From Ascidiella aspersa (lineage: Eukaryota), in the NCBI GenBank assembly GCA_963924565.1, contig OZ004612.1:29698001-29762000 (forward strand): 64,000 nt of DNA. The letters are read 5' to 3'. Within the stretch, counting starts at the first letter, position 1. Every line of letters begins with the position of its first letter. The notes below the pieces were generated by a model. That model searched no databases. It saw only the letters and a program-made list of their open reading frames with translations, and had not been told where the DNA came from. Position numbers and translations under genes: made by a program. Of this stretch, positions 62,377 to 64,000 are shown one piece after another.

Positions 62377-64000
62377 CTGTAATAACAATATATATATAAG
62401 AAGGCGTACCTTTAATCTAAAACCATTGGCATTCGGTTTCTGCTTGTCGACTGTTCCGCGAATATCACCAATAAAACTTAAAGTTTAAAACCCAAGTAAA
62501 CCAAAATTATCCATTTGTTTAACTATATTCTTCGTATATACTGGCAATATATATTTCTTGAAAATAAAAATATATATTTCGCTTATAATAGCATTATATA
62601 TGTCTGGAGAATATATGTATACATATTTTGCCAATACTGGCATCGTCAGCTCCTTAACTCGGAATTTTAAACTTTGAGTTTGTTGTCTGCAATAACAACA
62701 AAAGTTTAAGTATTTAGTTTAGGAGATACTATTTACCCGGCTAACAAAGTACTTTTGATCGTTGTTTAATCACAATTAGAGAAACGCTCACGGAAAACAA
62801 AGTAATTTGAAATATTTAGGGAATACAGCATGCCAATAATAAAGAACTGCCGGAATTACTTTCAAAAATAGTCTCTTTGAACCCTAACTGAAAAATGTCG
62901 TATTGTTTTTATACCTTTAATAGCCTGTCGCAACACGTCAGCACATCAAATTAATTCTTTGTTTTATCGCCTTAATGTTGCGTCATGAAAGTTTTTGTTT
63001 AAATTCCATTGCCGATATCTCTTGCTAGAGTTTGCAACGAATGCCTTGTTACACCAATTTTTATGCGTCAGAGCTGTATGTGATGTGACGTATATCCGTT
63101 TAATGTGAGCGCTTTGTTTTGAAATTCGCCTTATTGTCAACAATCCATTATTTTTAGAATCGAACGCCAGTTACGTCGCAATGTAGATCGAAGCGCTTTT
63201 GTTCAAGCCATATTGGGACAAAAATATTATTTCCGTCTATAAGAGTCGAGAGAAAAAGGTTTAGACCACGCCTTGTTATCACGTGATACTTTGTTAAGTA
63301 TTATAAGAATTAATGACGTAAATCTTTCTTTATCGCAGAAATTTTCTTAACTGATTCTCGTCTATAAATAGCGTGTTCAATCAATATAAACCAGAGAGAG
63401 AGAGATAGGGGCTTTTATAGCTACTACTCAGACAGCAAACTCGAGTGCTTTTGTGACTGAACCAGTATCACCCAGTACTGCCTAGTGCAGAGGAGGCTTT
63501 TACAGCTTTTACTAAGACAGCAAAATTGACTGTTCATGTATCTGAACTAAAGGAAAGAATTGGACCTGAATGGCCTCACGAAGACAGGCCATCTCAAATC
63601 TTGTAGGAGTGTGGTCGATTCATCTTGGCAATTATATAAATGAAGACTCATTAACGGACCCAAAACCCCCACAATTGATGCCCGCGAGTGAGGAACGAAC
63701 CACCTGCAAACTACTTTCCCAAGAAGACTGAAGAAACGAAGCTGAAGTAAAATTTGGACCTCAAATCGAACAAATACTTTGCAATCGACGACGCGGACCA
63801 CTTGCAAACTGCTTTCCCAAGAAGCCGGACGACGAACTCTATTTTCCCGCATATATCTTATGGACAAGAAAAGATGTGCCTTCCAGCTACAAGCGACCGC
63901 CTAAAAACTGTCATGTTTGGAACTTGCAAGAAGCCAGCTTTAGAAGAAAATAATCTCAACGAAAGATACGTGAAGAGACGCTCCATAGCGTCAGCAAAGC

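Larger units (their letters stand above)
57195..62925. repeat. Tandem segmental duplication: ~57195-58925 is duplicated at ~60925-62925 (offset ~3.75-4.0 kb)
   Basis: Long near-identical blocks, including the TM exon, promoter, tail exon and adjacent intron. Confidence 0.95.

Overview
AT-rich, intron-containing animal genomic DNA. The repeat content and gene compactness resemble an ascidian/tunicate, but that is inference. It is not prokaryotic, and almost all ORFs in the supplied track are spurious or are exon fragments. (1) A complete SLC6/NSS Na+/Cl- dependent transporter gene lies on the minus strand, with 12 coding exons (38290->22565, 571 aa by manual splicing). It is creatine/GABA/taurine-transporter-like but has unusual substrate-site and gate residues. 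(2) A tandemly duplicated minus-strand cassette lies at about 56.3-62.9 kb. Each copy has a TATA box, an Inr and a 134-nt exon, absent from the ORF track, that encodes a short N-terminus, a TM helix and a CxC/basic juxtamembrane stretch. These exons end in phase 2, and the cassette carries several phase-2 acidic, tyrosine-motif tail exons. The layout resembles transmembrane adaptor proteins (LAT/PAG/LIME type) with swappable cytoplasmic tails and is the most interesting signal in the window. (3) There are many non-autonomous hAT-type MITEs with verifiable TIRs/TSDs (some nested), tRNA-derived SINE-like elements, a foldback MITE family, a dispersed repeat with a hammerhead-ribozyme-like core, and several satellites, one with higher-order structure. 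(4) The first ~21 kb has no recognisable gene but contains GC-richer islands with homeodomain-type motifs.
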